A stretch of DNA of 64,000 nt from an uncultured archaeon (GTDB lineage Archaea > Asgardarchaeota > Lokiarchaeia > Sigyniarchaeales > SOKP01), in contig CAZOYD010000013.1 in NCBI GenBank assembly GCA_964583985.1, positions 1 to 64,000 of the forward strand, given 5' to 3'. The translations under genes were made by a program, and so were the position numbers. This document shows positions 41,384-51,170 of this stretch, in pieces (the stretch's first letter is position 1; each line of letters starts with the position of its first letter). The notes beneath the pieces were generated by a model. The model did no database searches, was not told the DNA's origin, and saw nothing but the letters and a program-made list of their open reading frames with translations.

Positions 41384-42202
41384 CTAAGTTTTTGAAGTTT
41401 CTAAAAAGGATTCAACATGACTTATAAAATCATTGAAGTTGTCCCTTCTTATGTTATGACCTGCATCTTTCACCACTGCAATTTTTGCATCTCCGAATTC
41501 TGAAATAATGCTTTCTGCCTCTTTTTCTCTTAATATACCCTTCGTTGATACGATTATCAACACCGGTACCTTAATTTTTTGGAACGTTTCATGCCAATCT
41601 ACACTTATTTTTAAATTTTCAAAAACGGTTATCGGATCATTTACCGAATATTCTTTTTGACCTGAAGCCCAAGTCTCATGATCCATTATGTCCCATTTCG
41701 AATTAATCCGCTTGCTTGATTTCCTCAATTTCTCTTCTGTTTTTTTCATGTTTCTTTTTATCAAGAATTTAAATATTATGACAAGGAATCTTGCTTTAAA
41801 TGATTTAGGATTGAAAATATAGGCAGGATCTTCTAAAATTATTTTAGATATTAAATTTGGATGATTGGCAGCAATTAATGATGCTATTTGAGCTCCCATT
41901 GAATGCCCCATTAGGATTGTTTTTTCTAGCGAAAGCGTGTTAATTAAATTCACGATATCTTCTGACATTGTTTCTAATGAGAAATCCAATTCCTTTGCAA
42001 TTGATTTTCCGTGACCACGAATATCAGGCAAGATAATGTCAAATTTTTCTTCTAACACGCTTGCAACCCTTAACCAGCACATTCCATTATCGGTAAAACC
42101 GTGAAGCATTATCATCGTTGGTTTTTTTCCACCAGTTCTATAATAATGAAGAGTTACACCCTCATAATCTACATATTCTTCCTTCCAGTTTGTTTTAATA
42201 AT
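41384..42202 (-). CDS. Alpha/beta hydrolase (probable ATT start at 42202 or 42199)
   Basis: LHGFTD, DIRGHG, GHSMG, AGH. The frame extends upstream of the ATG at 42115 through typical beta1/beta2 sequence (WKEEYVDYEGVTLHYYRTGGKKP) to ATT ATT just after AGGTGAG. Confidence 0.88.
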   Translation of the reverse strand: MIKTNWKEEYVDYEGVTLHYYRTGGKKPTMIMLHGFTDNGMCWLRVASVLEEKFDIILPDIRGHGKSIAKELDFSLETMSEDIVNLINTLSLEKTILMGHSMGAQIASLIAANHPNLISKIILEDPAYIFNPKSFKARFLVIIFKFLIKRNMKKTEEKLRKSSKRINSKWDIMDHETWASGQKEYSVNDPITVFENLKISVDWHETFQKIKVPVLIIVSTKGILREKEAESIISEFGDAKIAVVKDAGHNIRRDNFNDFISHVESFLETSKT

Positions 42203-42278
42203 ACACTCACCTTGAAAATATAATGCAGTTAATAAAACCTAAGAAAAAAGTAAAATAATAAAAGAATAAAAATATTAG

Positions 42279-42821
42279 TTATTTTTTGGAACCAAACTCC
42301 TCGACGTTTCCAAAAAGGCGCCGAATCGCATCGATACGGGTTTCTTCACCGATTTGCTCGACATTCTTAAGTGAAATTGCTTCTTTTGGACACAAGGCTA
42401 CACATTGTGGTTCTGGCTTTCCAACTTCGGGATCAATAAAATCTTCTTTCATATTTTCACACAAATCGCACACAAGTGCTTTTTGGGAGCTCAAGTGTAA
42501 TGTGATGACTCCAAAATCGCAAGCTCTAATACAAAAACCACAACCATTACACTTCTCATCATCTACAAGAATGGAACCATCTTCTGCTTTATCTAATGCT
42601 TTTTCTGGACATGAGCGAATACAAGGAGCATCCTCACACTTCTGGCACGCAAGAGCTATGTTAAATACTGGTTCAATTCTAACACGATGAATTCTGGTAT
42701 TAATTGGGTTGAACTCTCCATCGTGAACAAAGGAACAAACAGTTTCACACGTTTCACAGCCCGTACAGAGCTCTGGATCAACAATAATGAATTGATGGAT
42801 CTTTTTTCTCCGTGCTGCCAT
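42279..42821 (-). CDS. 4Fe-4S dicluster protein (AOR-associated electron-transfer subunit)
   Basis: CTGCETCETVC, CQKCEDAPC, CNGCGFCIRAC, CDLC...CP; translationally coupled to aor. Confidence 0.9.
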   Translation of the reverse strand: MAARRKKIHQFIIVDPELCTGCETCETVCSFVHDGEFNPINTRIHRVRIEPVFNIALACQKCEDAPCIRSCPEKALDKAEDGSILVDDEKCNGCGFCIRACDFGVITLHLSSQKALVCDLCENMKEDFIDPEVGKPEPQCVALCPKEAISLKNVEQIGEETRIDAIRRLFGNVEEFGSKK

Positions 42822-44755
42822 TATTTTTTACCTCCTTTTATTGTTGCTGGCTTGAGTTTTCCAATTACAAAATCTAATCCCAATCTCTTTAGAGTATCAT
42901 CAGTTGGAATTCCGGTTTCTTTATCCCACCCTCTCGCTTCATAATACCCACTTAGAAGTGTTTGGTATCCATCTTCCTTGAGAGTTACTCCTTTAGCAGG
43001 ACCTTTTGTGTGTGCGTCCTTGAAGAATTTCTCGGGAGGATGATCATCAGCTCGTGTCCATCCTTCTCTGATGTTGAAACACTTGGAAAGATTAACGATC
43101 GCTTCTCCTCGTTGCAAGAGTGATGCATCGGTATGCGGAATACCAGTAACGAGTTCATAGACTTTTGCCATTTCTGCATCGTTTTCATAGATCCCTCGTG
43201 TAAACTTACATATGATATATGAATCGATGATTGCATACACATCTTCAGTTTCTATGATTTTCTTTCCTCGTTCAAGAGGTTTTTCATATCCGAAGCGATC
43301 GAATGTTCCCTTAGCATCGAGACCATATGCTCCATTGCGTAAATGGCATGCACCACGAATAGACACGCTCTCCCCTACTGCGAAAGAACTCATGCCATGT
43401 AAATCAAAAGCGGGCATTTCTAGGCCTTTGATGTGCATTCCGTAATAGCTTGCATTTTTACGACCCATTTCTTCTAGACGAATACCAGCTTGTTTGCATC
43501 CGTCTCCGAATATTTTACCGGCGAAACCTGTTCCCATGCACATTTCTTCGGTAAATTTTACCAAATTAGTCGTGCTGCCAAACGGAAGTTCATATCCGAG
43601 ATCTTTTTTGGTGAGTAATCCAACGTCATAAAGCTCACATGCCATGCTAGCCGTGACTCCTCCACTGATTGCGTCAATGCCTAAATTATCGCATAGTTCA
43701 ATGCATTTAAATACTGTGGGCCAATCGGAACAACCAGTATTTGTACCAAATGAATAACACATTTCTACATCTACAGAAGCTATCAAATTAGGATATTCTG
43801 GATGTGTTTTTGGAACTCTTGCTAAATGATCACATGCGATAGAGCACTGTGAACATGCCACTTTCTTTACAACCCAGTCTTGATTAAGACTATCTCCTGT
43901 GAAATTTCCATTATCAATTTCCTCCCAAGTACCTTCTCGATAATTCCTTGTAGGCATCATGCCAAGTTTATTATAACTAGTTAACCCCGAAGGTGTTCCT
44001 AAATCTCGATACTTAGATGTTGCTGGACCATTTGCTACTTTAATAAGTTTCTTTGCAAGCTTGTAGAATTCTACTGGTTGAGCTACTTTTATGCTTTTGG
44101 TGCCTCTAAAACAGATCGCCTTGAGATTTTTTGAACCCATTACTGCTCCCATTCCAGTTCGACCGGCTTGTCTGTTTCGATCATTTGTAATGCATCCCAT
44201 TCGACTCATGCGTTCTCCAGAAGGACCAATTGACATGACCGCTAATCTTCGATCTTGAAAATCATCCCGAATGTGTTCTTCAGTTTCGAAATTCCCTTTT
44301 CCCCATACCGTTTTTTCACATGGTACAAGATAGTAATCATCATCATCTACAACCATATATACTGGTTCTGGAGATTTTCCTTTGATAACTATCATGTTCA
44401 CGCCTGCTCTTCGAGCTTGAGCTCCTACAGATCCAGATGAAATAGCCATTCCAAACATTCCTGTTAACGGTGATTTTGCAAATACACCATATTTTGAGCT
44501 TGTTGGCAAAATGGTTGATGGAAAAGGACCAATTGACCAAACGAAGACATTTTCAGGACTTAAAGGATCAATACCGGGCTTTAATTCATCCCATAGAACT
44601 TTGGCCCCAAAACCATACCCCCCTATCCAATCTCGAACGAATTCATTTGATAACATCGATTTATTTATTTTTCCACTTGTTAAATCCACATCAAGCCTTA
44701 CTTGAGAATAACCTGTTACTTGGTCTGGAATTGCGATATCTTTAGATTTACTCAT
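42821..44755 (-). CDS. aor: Aldehyde:ferredoxin oxidoreductase (tungsten-dependent AOR family)
   Basis: KSPLTG, GRTGMGAVMGSKNLKAI, CSQCSIAC, CDNLGIDAISGG, KGLEMPAFD, RGACH. Confidence 0.93.
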   Translation of the reverse strand: MSKSKDIAIPDQVTGYSQVRLDVDLTSGKINKSMLSNEFVRDWIGGYGFGAKVLWDELKPGIDPLSPENVFVWSIGPFPSTILPTSSKYGVFAKSPLTGMFGMAISSGSVGAQARRAGVNMIVIKGKSPEPVYMVVDDDDYYLVPCEKTVWGKGNFETEEHIRDDFQDRRLAVMSIGPSGERMSRMGCITNDRNRQAGRTGMGAVMGSKNLKAICFRGTKSIKVAQPVEFYKLAKKLIKVANGPATSKYRDLGTPSGLTSYNKLGMMPTRNYREGTWEEIDNGNFTGDSLNQDWVVKKVACSQCSIACDHLARVPKTHPEYPNLIASVDVEMCYSFGTNTGCSDWPTVFKCIELCDNLGIDAISGGVTASMACELYDVGLLTKKDLGYELPFGSTTNLVKFTEEMCMGTGFAGKIFGDGCKQAGIRLEEMGRKNASYYGMHIKGLEMPAFDLHGMSSFAVGESVSIRGACHLRNGAYGLDAKGTFDRFGYEKPLERGKKIIETEDVYAIIDSYIICKFTRGIYENDAEMAKVYELVTGIPHTDASLLQRGEAIVNLSKCFNIREGWTRADDHPPEKFFKDAHTKGPAKGVTLKEDGYQTLLSGYYEARGWDKETGIPTDDTLKRLGLDFVIGKLKPATIKGGKK

Positions 44756-45090
44756 TTTTTATTAATCACTTGTTCTATCTTATTATTTTGAATTTTTTTT
44801 ATTAAACAATTTATTATAGAGAACTACTATTTATTAGGTTTCCTTTTAAACTGGGATTCTAATGTGAAAGCAAGTTCCCTAACCTCAATCTTATAGAAGT
44901 ACTTATTTGATTGAAGGATAATTCTTACTTTGTTTTTATGTTATTTAAATTTCAATAATAAGAAATGATAACTATTATATTGGTCTATTGTATTTCTGGA
45001 TGTGATTCACATATAAATATTGAATTATTTGATGAGAATATGATGATAATGAGATAAATAAATCTTTTCGGATTAACGAGATTTATAAGG

Positions 45091-46203
45091 TTACTTTCTC
45101 TTCAATCCAGTCATTTTTTTCAACCAATTAATCTTTTTTGTCTCCCATTCTTTCGTTTGATCGATTGGTACGACGAATTGTTTAATCAAACTATGACTGA
45201 TAAGGGAATTTATGACATCTTCACCCTTTTGAGTTCTAGTTAATATCATTGAATACCCTTTTGGAGCACCGCTTGCACCAACGCTAATATCAGAATACTT
45301 CCCCGTGAATTCATAGCACTCGTGACAATGACTTCTCACCGCAGGATCTAATATTTTGATATTGACTTCATGTTGATTGCCCTCTTTATCGGAAATAAAG
45401 AAATTTTTCTTGATCCATGTCTTTTTAATATCCTCGGGACTAACATTTGTTTCTTTCTTGAGAATTTCGTATAACAAATCGTAATTAAAATTCTCGAAGC
45501 AAAAGAGTCCTATGATATATTTTACAACATGAGCGGGTTTCAAATGGAGAAATTTCATCTTCGCAATTCCACGTGTTTGACATGGCGTGCCAACAAATGC
45601 GATTTTTAACTGTTCAATATCGAATATTCCTTTTTTTTCCAAAATATCTTGGGAAATATTATATAAATCCTTCAAGGGGAGAATTTGAGATGAAATGGAA
45701 TACCTAGTACCTGCTGATTTCAATAAATCTTCTTTATTATAAATGATTTTGGGATTTGGATTTAAATTCTCGTCAAATTCAGATACGATAGCGGCATCAA
45801 TTTTATGTTTATCAAATAGATATGCTAAGATTGTTGTAACAATCCCTCCATCTTGGCTAACTGCCTCTATTCCCTTCTCAGAAGTCTTAGCTGCCTTAAT
45901 ATCAATTATATTCCCAATTTCATCCTTTATGTTGTAAACTTCATTCATTTTACTGAGCAAGGTAAAATTTTGAGAACAGATGTAATAACATACTCCGCAT
46001 TCGGTGCAGTTATCCATCGTTTTATCAGACTTGAATTTTGGGGTGTATCTGTCCATTTTGATCACGTCAAAACTTTGGCTCTCACAATATGCCACGCAAG
46101 CACCACATGCACAGCATTTTCCCGTTTGAATGATCTCTTCATCCAAATCTTTAAAAATTTTCACATTCTTATTAATAATTCCTGTTGATCTCGTTTCTGT
46201 CAT
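45091..46203 (-). CDS. Coenzyme F420 hydrogenase/dehydrogenase beta subunit (FrhB/FdhB family)
   Basis: CCACGACVAYC, QDGGIVT, SAGTRY, VGTPCQ, IGLFCFENF, CHEC...SDISVG. Confidence 0.9.
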   Translation of the reverse strand: MTETRSTGIINKNVKIFKDLDEEIIQTGKCCACGACVAYCESQSFDVIKMDRYTPKFKSDKTMDNCTECGVCYYICSQNFTLLSKMNEVYNIKDEIGNIIDIKAAKTSEKGIEAVSQDGGIVTTILAYLFDKHKIDAAIVSEFDENLNPNPKIIYNKEDLLKSAGTRYSISSQILPLKDLYNISQDILEKKGIFDIEQLKIAFVGTPCQTRGIAKMKFLHLKPAHVVKYIIGLFCFENFNYDLLYEILKKETNVSPEDIKKTWIKKNFFISDKEGNQHEVNIKILDPAVRSHCHECYEFTGKYSDISVGASGAPKGYSMILTRTQKGEDVINSLISHSLIKQFVVPIDQTKEWETKKINWLKKMTGLKRK

Positions 46204-46216
46204 ATTATAACCACCT

Positions 46217-46684
46217 TTATTGACAATATTTTAACTCAATTATCCCTTTTTTTTTTGGAATTTTGCTTTCTCCTAATTTTTTAACAGTATTAGTGAAATC
46301 TTTTATGAGTTCAGCAAATTGTTTTCCCTCGCTTGCTGAAATCCAATGCAATCTAAACCTTTCGTCTTCAATTCCCAAGCTTTTCACTAATTTTTTAAGA
46401 TGTTCCATTCGAACTTGTGTTAGTTCATTTCCACTAATATAATGACAATCTCCAATATGGCAACCCGTAACTAATATTCCATCAATTCCATTGGCAAACG
46501 CGTTCAATATAAATGTTGGTTGAACCCTTCCAGAACACATTACTCGAACAATGCGAATATTGGGAGGATATTGAAATCGTGAAACGCCAGCTAGATCTGC
46601 TCCGGCATAAGAGCACCAATTGCAACAAAATACTAATATTTGAGGTTCATAATCTTGCTTCTTCTTTGATTTACTTACTGTCAT
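46217..46684 (-). CDS. mvhD: Hydrogenase/Hdr iron-sulfur subunit D, Cys form
   Basis: FCCNWCSYAGADLAG, MCSGRV, GCHIGDCHY, WISASEG. Confidence 0.95.
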   Translation of the reverse strand: MTVSKSKKKQDYEPQILVFCCNWCSYAGADLAGVSRFQYPPNIRIVRVMCSGRVQPTFILNAFANGIDGILVTGCHIGDCHYISGNELTQVRMEHLKKLVKSLGIEDERFRLHWISASEGKQFAELIKDFTNTVKKLGESKIPKKKGIIELKYCQ

Positions 46685-46700
46685 GATTTTTCAACTCAAT

Positions 46701-49700
46701 TTAATTCTGCTCAGAAGCACCTTCTTCCAATCGAATTAATAAATCAATCTGTTTTTTAATTTGATATTTACTATAATGTTTTTGATCTATGGCTCCAACG
46801 GGACATTCAGCTGCACATGCTCCGCATCCCACACAGACCGCATCGAGTATATTGGCTTTCATTTCCGTGATATTGTAAAGACCCATCTTCTTGGTGGTTT
46901 GAATTAATTGAATTGCGTTGTAGGGGCAAATTTCAGCACATCTACCGCACCCAATACACTTTTGTGGATCTACTTGAGACGTAATTCCTTCAGTTTCAAC
47001 TTCTCCTTTTACCATTAACATTGCGGCTCTTCCTGCTGCGCCATATGCTTGTGTAATACTTTCATCAATCCATTTTGGCCAATGAGCGCCTCCACATAAA
47101 AATATTCCACTAGTAGCAAAATCTATGGGTCTCAATTTCACGTGTGCTTCTAGGAAGAACCCATCTTTAGTTGTTGGGACTTTTAGCATCATTGCTAGAT
47201 CCTTGGTACCTGTTTGGGGGACTTCTGGAGTTGCTAAAATGAGTAAATCGGAATCGTATTCAACTTCCGTTTCAGCCCCAATATTGTTGTACTTAACGTG
47301 GAAATTTTTACCCTTTTCAGTTAATATAATTTCATTTATACTTCGGTATCTTTCAAACGACACTTTGGTTCTTAAATCTCGCCATAAACTTTCAGCATTA
47401 AGATCTGAGAATTGCAATTCTCGATATAATACGTGAATATGAGCTTTAGGATTGATTCTCAATATTTTCTCAATATTTTTTAATGCCACCTTGCAACAAA
47501 TATTACTACAATACGATTTTACTTTTTCTCCTGTATTGAATTCATTAGCCCTTTGATCGACGCAGAGAACTATCGTGACTTCTTTAAATCCCGGAATAGC
47601 GGTGTCTTCAGTAGATTCAAAACTTCTTTGATTAAATACTCGATCAGGATATTTGTTTAGTATGTTTTCCCAACGATCAGTCTTGATTTGGTTAGTTCCT
47701 GTAGCTACTATTATGGTACCAACCTTGAATTCATCGATTTTTGACTCATCATCTATATTATGAATTTTAACTTCATAATTCCCTACAAAACCGTGGATAT
47801 CAGCTACTTGATATCGATTATGAATGTGAACGTTGGGCATTGTTTTCAATTCATTAATATATCTCAAGATATCTTGTTTATGAAGTGCTATATCATATAA
47901 ATCAATGAAGTTAATTGCATTTCCACCTAAACTGGACTTTTTATCTACTAAATGGACTTCAAATCCTTGAATAGCTAAGTTTCGAGCAGCAATGATGCCC
48001 GTTATACCACCTCCGATGATTAAAGTGGCTTGCTCTACTTTAACTTTAATTCTTTTCAAGGGTTGTAAATTTACTACTTTTCCTAAATTCATTCGGATTA
48101 GATCTTTTGCTTTTTGTGTAGCTTTTTCGGGCTCTTGTTGATGAACCCAAGAATTTTGATCCCGAATGTTTACCAGTTCGAATACAAATGGATTTAATCC
48201 CGCTTCTCGTAATGTGTTTTGGAATAAGGGTTCATGAGTCCGAGGTGTACAAGAAGCGACAATAAATTTATTTAATTTATATTTTTTGATCATCTCTTTA
48301 ATTTGTTCTTGACTGTCGGATGAGCAAGAATACATGTTTTCTTCAGCATGTGCTACGTATGGCAAATCTTTAATGTATTCCACTACTTCTTTTGTATCTA
48401 CAGTACCTGCAATATTGATTCCACATTGACAAACTAAGACACCTACTCGAGGATCTTCACCGATTGCGATGGGTGTTTCGGGAGGATATACCGTATCTTT
48501 GATATTCTGAAATCGTACGGGATATAATTTTTCACTTATTCTTGCTGCGCAAGCTGAACCTTCTGCAACTGCTGTGGGGATATCTTTTGGTTTTCGAGAA
48601 TATCCTGTAAAATAAATGTATCCATCTTCACAAGCTTTAATTCCATCTTCATTAATATACCCAAGTTCATCATATCCTACATCAAGACAGTCTAAAAATT
48701 GATAATACGCTTTATTTGGAAACAATGCGCTAGCTAACACTACCATATCAACCTCATTAGTTTCTACAACGCCTTTATCGATATCTTCATAATTTAGCTT
48801 TAGTTTTCCCTCATCCGTTACTTTAACCATGGAGACCCGACCATTCACGTATTTAACTCCATAATTTTCTTTCGCACTTACTATAAATTCATAAAAATTT
48901 TTTCCTTTAGCTCTAATTTCTGTATTATAAATAAAACATTCTGTACCTGGGGCATGTTCTGTTGCGATAATTGCTTGTTTAGCAGATGACATGCAGCAAA
49001 TCGATGAGCAGTATTTCTTGCATTCAGGATGATGGAAATCTCTTGAACCAACGCATTGTAAAAAGGCTATTTTTTTAGGGTGCTTTTTATCATCTAATCT
49101 AATTAATTCTCCTCCCGTCGGACCATTAGCAGAAAGGAGTCTTTCAAATTGCATGCTTGACAAGACATTTGGATTGGATCCTGCTAATTGATCGTATTTT
49201 TCTGGATAATCTTGTTCATAACCTGTAGCAATAACAATTGCTCCAACTTTAACATCCATAATTATTGGCTTTTGGCTGAGATCAATTGCATCAGCACTAC
49301 ATGCCCGTGAACATAATCCACATATTCCATAATTTAGATATAAACAGGTATTTTCATCTATTAAATAAACGGGAGGAACAGATGAAGGAAATGAAATGTG
49401 TGCGGCAGCGTGCGTATTTAATTGGGCGTTAAATTCACTTGGTATGCCTCTAACTGGACAAATCTCAGCACAATCATTGCAACCTTTACATCGTTCTTCG
49501 TTAATATAACGGGGTTTTTTCTCAATTTTGATATCATAATTTCCGTGGCTTCCCTTTATCTTTTGCACGGTAGAATATGTTAGTAGTTCGATATTAGGAT
49601 TTCTGTATACTTCAACCATCTTGGGTGCTAATATACAGAGACTGCAATCTAAAGTTGGAAATGTTTTGTCTAATTGGGCCATGGTGCCTCCAATCGTGGG

Positions 49701-49820
49701 CTTTTTCTCCACTAAGTATACTTTAAATCCTAGTTCTGTGAGATCAAGGCTTGTTTGAATGCCAGCTATACCCCCACCAATTACTAAAACACTGCTTCGA
49801 ATATCCGACATTTTATTCAT
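46701..49820 (-). CDS. hdrA: Large heterodisulfide reductase subunit A-like protein with two FAD modules, Cys form
   Basis: Two GGGI(A/T)G motifs, FPTLDCSLCILAPKM, QCVGSRD...YCSSICC, internal CQCGINIAG / ASCTPRTHEPLF and C-terminal ferredoxin motifs. Confidence 0.93.
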   Translation of the reverse strand: MNKMSDIRSSVLVIGGGIAGIQTSLDLTELGFKVYLVEKKPTIGGTMAQLDKTFPTLDCSLCILAPKMVEVYRNPNIELLTYSTVQKIKGSHGNYDIKIEKKPRYINEERCKGCNDCAEICPVRGIPSEFNAQLNTHAAAHISFPSSVPPVYLIDENTCLYLNYGICGLCSRACSADAIDLSQKPIIMDVKVGAIVIATGYEQDYPEKYDQLAGSNPNVLSSMQFERLLSANGPTGGELIRLDDKKHPKKIAFLQCVGSRDFHHPECKKYCSSICCMSSAKQAIIATEHAPGTECFIYNTEIRAKGKNFYEFIVSAKENYGVKYVNGRVSMVKVTDEGKLKLNYEDIDKGVVETNEVDMVVLASALFPNKAYYQFLDCLDVGYDELGYINEDGIKACEDGYIYFTGYSRKPKDIPTAVAEGSACAARISEKLYPVRFQNIKDTVYPPETPIAIGEDPRVGVLVCQCGINIAGTVDTKEVVEYIKDLPYVAHAEENMYSCSSDSQEQIKEMIKKYKLNKFIVASCTPRTHEPLFQNTLREAGLNPFVFELVNIRDQNSWVHQQEPEKATQKAKDLIRMNLGKVVNLQPLKRIKVKVEQATLIIGGGITGIIAARNLAIQGFEVHLVDKKSSLGGNAINFIDLYDIALHKQDILRYINELKTMPNVHIHNRYQVADIHGFVGNYEVKIHNIDDESKIDEFKVGTIIVATGTNQIKTDRWENILNKYPDRVFNQRSFESTEDTAIPGFKEVTIVLCVDQRANEFNTGEKVKSYCSNICCKVALKNIEKILRINPKAHIHVLYRELQFSDLNAESLWRDLRTKVSFERYRSINEIILTEKGKNFHVKYNNIGAETEVEYDSDLLILATPEVPQTGTKDLAMMLKVPTTKDGFFLEAHVKLRPIDFATSGIFLCGGAHWPKWIDESITQAYGAAGRAAMLMVKGEVETEGITSQVDPQKCIGCGRCAEICPYNAIQLIQTTKKMGLYNITEMKANILDAVCVGCGACAAECPVGAIDQKHYSKYQIKKQIDLLIRLEEGASEQN

Positions 49821-50018
49821 TAAATTCTTAGTGTTTTACTCGATTAATCAAGATTTAATATAGTAATTATGTGTTTTTTTTTAATCTAACGATTATTTTT
49901 CAAAATTAATTAATCCAAAAATAATCAATTTGCTAAAAACACCAATAACATTCTGAATAATATTGTAAACTTTATCTTAATAGAAGTAAACATAAAGCAT
50001 AATCGTTCTTATTAACAA

Positions 50019-51170
50019 ATGGTGTCATTTTTACTAGTGAAACAAAAACATTCTCTTTCTGCCAAGATGGGTCCATCTATTGGATCTTCAGTCAGAAATT
50101 GGATGAAATTGACGTTGTCTAATGGATCAGTTGCACTGAAATACTATCCTCGAGTATTTTTAGTTGATCTTCTAAGTACATTTGGCATACCCTTTCGAGT
50201 TTATGAAAAATGGAGATTTGATAAGATTGTTGAACAGGTTAAACTAAATAAACCTCCTATCTTCATATTAGGTCATTGGAGAAGTGGAACCACGCACCTG
50301 CATAATTTAATGGTTCAAGATCCTCAATTTGGTTATGTGACAATGTTCCAGGCAATGTTTCCAAAATCATTTTTAGGCAATAAATTATTTGAAAACTTTA
50401 TGAAGAAGTTTTTACCCGATAAAAGACCCATGGATAATATGAAATTAGGATTGGAATTAGCTCAAGAAGAGGAGGTGGCATTAGGAAACCTTTTTCCATA
50501 TTCCTTTTATAATGGATTTTACTTTCCCCGAAAATTAAGAGAATTTTATTATAAGTATATTCGATTTGAAAACGTACCCCGGAGAATTAGAGAAAAATGG
50601 AATGAAGTCTATAATTCACTTTTAAGAAAAGCAACTCTTAACATGAGCGGAAAACGATTAGTTCTGAAAAATCCCGCTAATACAGCCCGAATAAAATTTC
50701 TATTGGAACTCTATCCCGAAGCCCAATTCATTCATATTTATCGCAACCCATATATCGTCTACATGTCAACAAAATATTTTTACGAGAAAATGATACGAGC
50801 ATTTACATTTCAAAATATCTCCGATGAAGATTTAGAGAATCAGATTCTTTGGATTTATAAAAAAATGATGGAATCCTATTTTGAAGAAAAAAAATTGATC
50901 CCAAAAGGTAACTTGATAGAAATCAAGTTCGAGAATTTAGAATCAGACCCACTTTACGAATTAGAATCAATATACAACGGATTAAACATTTCAGGTTTTA
51001 AAAATTCAGAGCAAGCATTTCTTAACTATTTAAAACCTTTAAAATCCTACAAAAAGAATGTATTCGAATTTTCTCAAAGGATAATTGATAAAGTGAATGT
51101 ATATTGGAATTTCACTATAGAAAAATGGAAATACGATATACCTAAATTACCTATCTCTAAGTCTACCTAA
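50019..51170 (+). CDS. PAPS-dependent sulfotransferase (Stf3-like family)
   Basis: PPIFILGHWRSGTTHLHNL 5'-PSB motif, RPMDNM, LVLKNP, IHIYRNP. Confidence 0.88.
   Translation: MVSFLLVKQKHSLSAKMGPSIGSSVRNWMKLTLSNGSVALKYYPRVFLVDLLSTFGIPFRVYEKWRFDKIVEQVKLNKPPIFILGHWRSGTTHLHNLMVQDPQFGYVTMFQAMFPKSFLGNKLFENFMKKFLPDKRPMDNMKLGLELAQEEEVALGNLFPYSFYNGFYFPRKLREFYYKYIRFENVPRRIREKWNEVYNSLLRKATLNMSGKRLVLKNPANTARIKFLLELYPEAQFIHIYRNPYIVYMSTKYFYEKMIRAFTFQNISDEDLENQILWIYKKMMESYFEEKKLIPKGNLIEIKFENLESDPLYELESIYNGLNISGFKNSEQAFLNYLKPLKSYKKNVFEFSQRIIDKVNVYWNFTIEKWKYDIPKLPISKST

Noticed and set aside
45000-45012. Palindrome ATGTGA-T-TCACAT upstream of aor
   Set aside because: A single short occurrence about 250 nt from the start codon; cannot be distinguished from chance.
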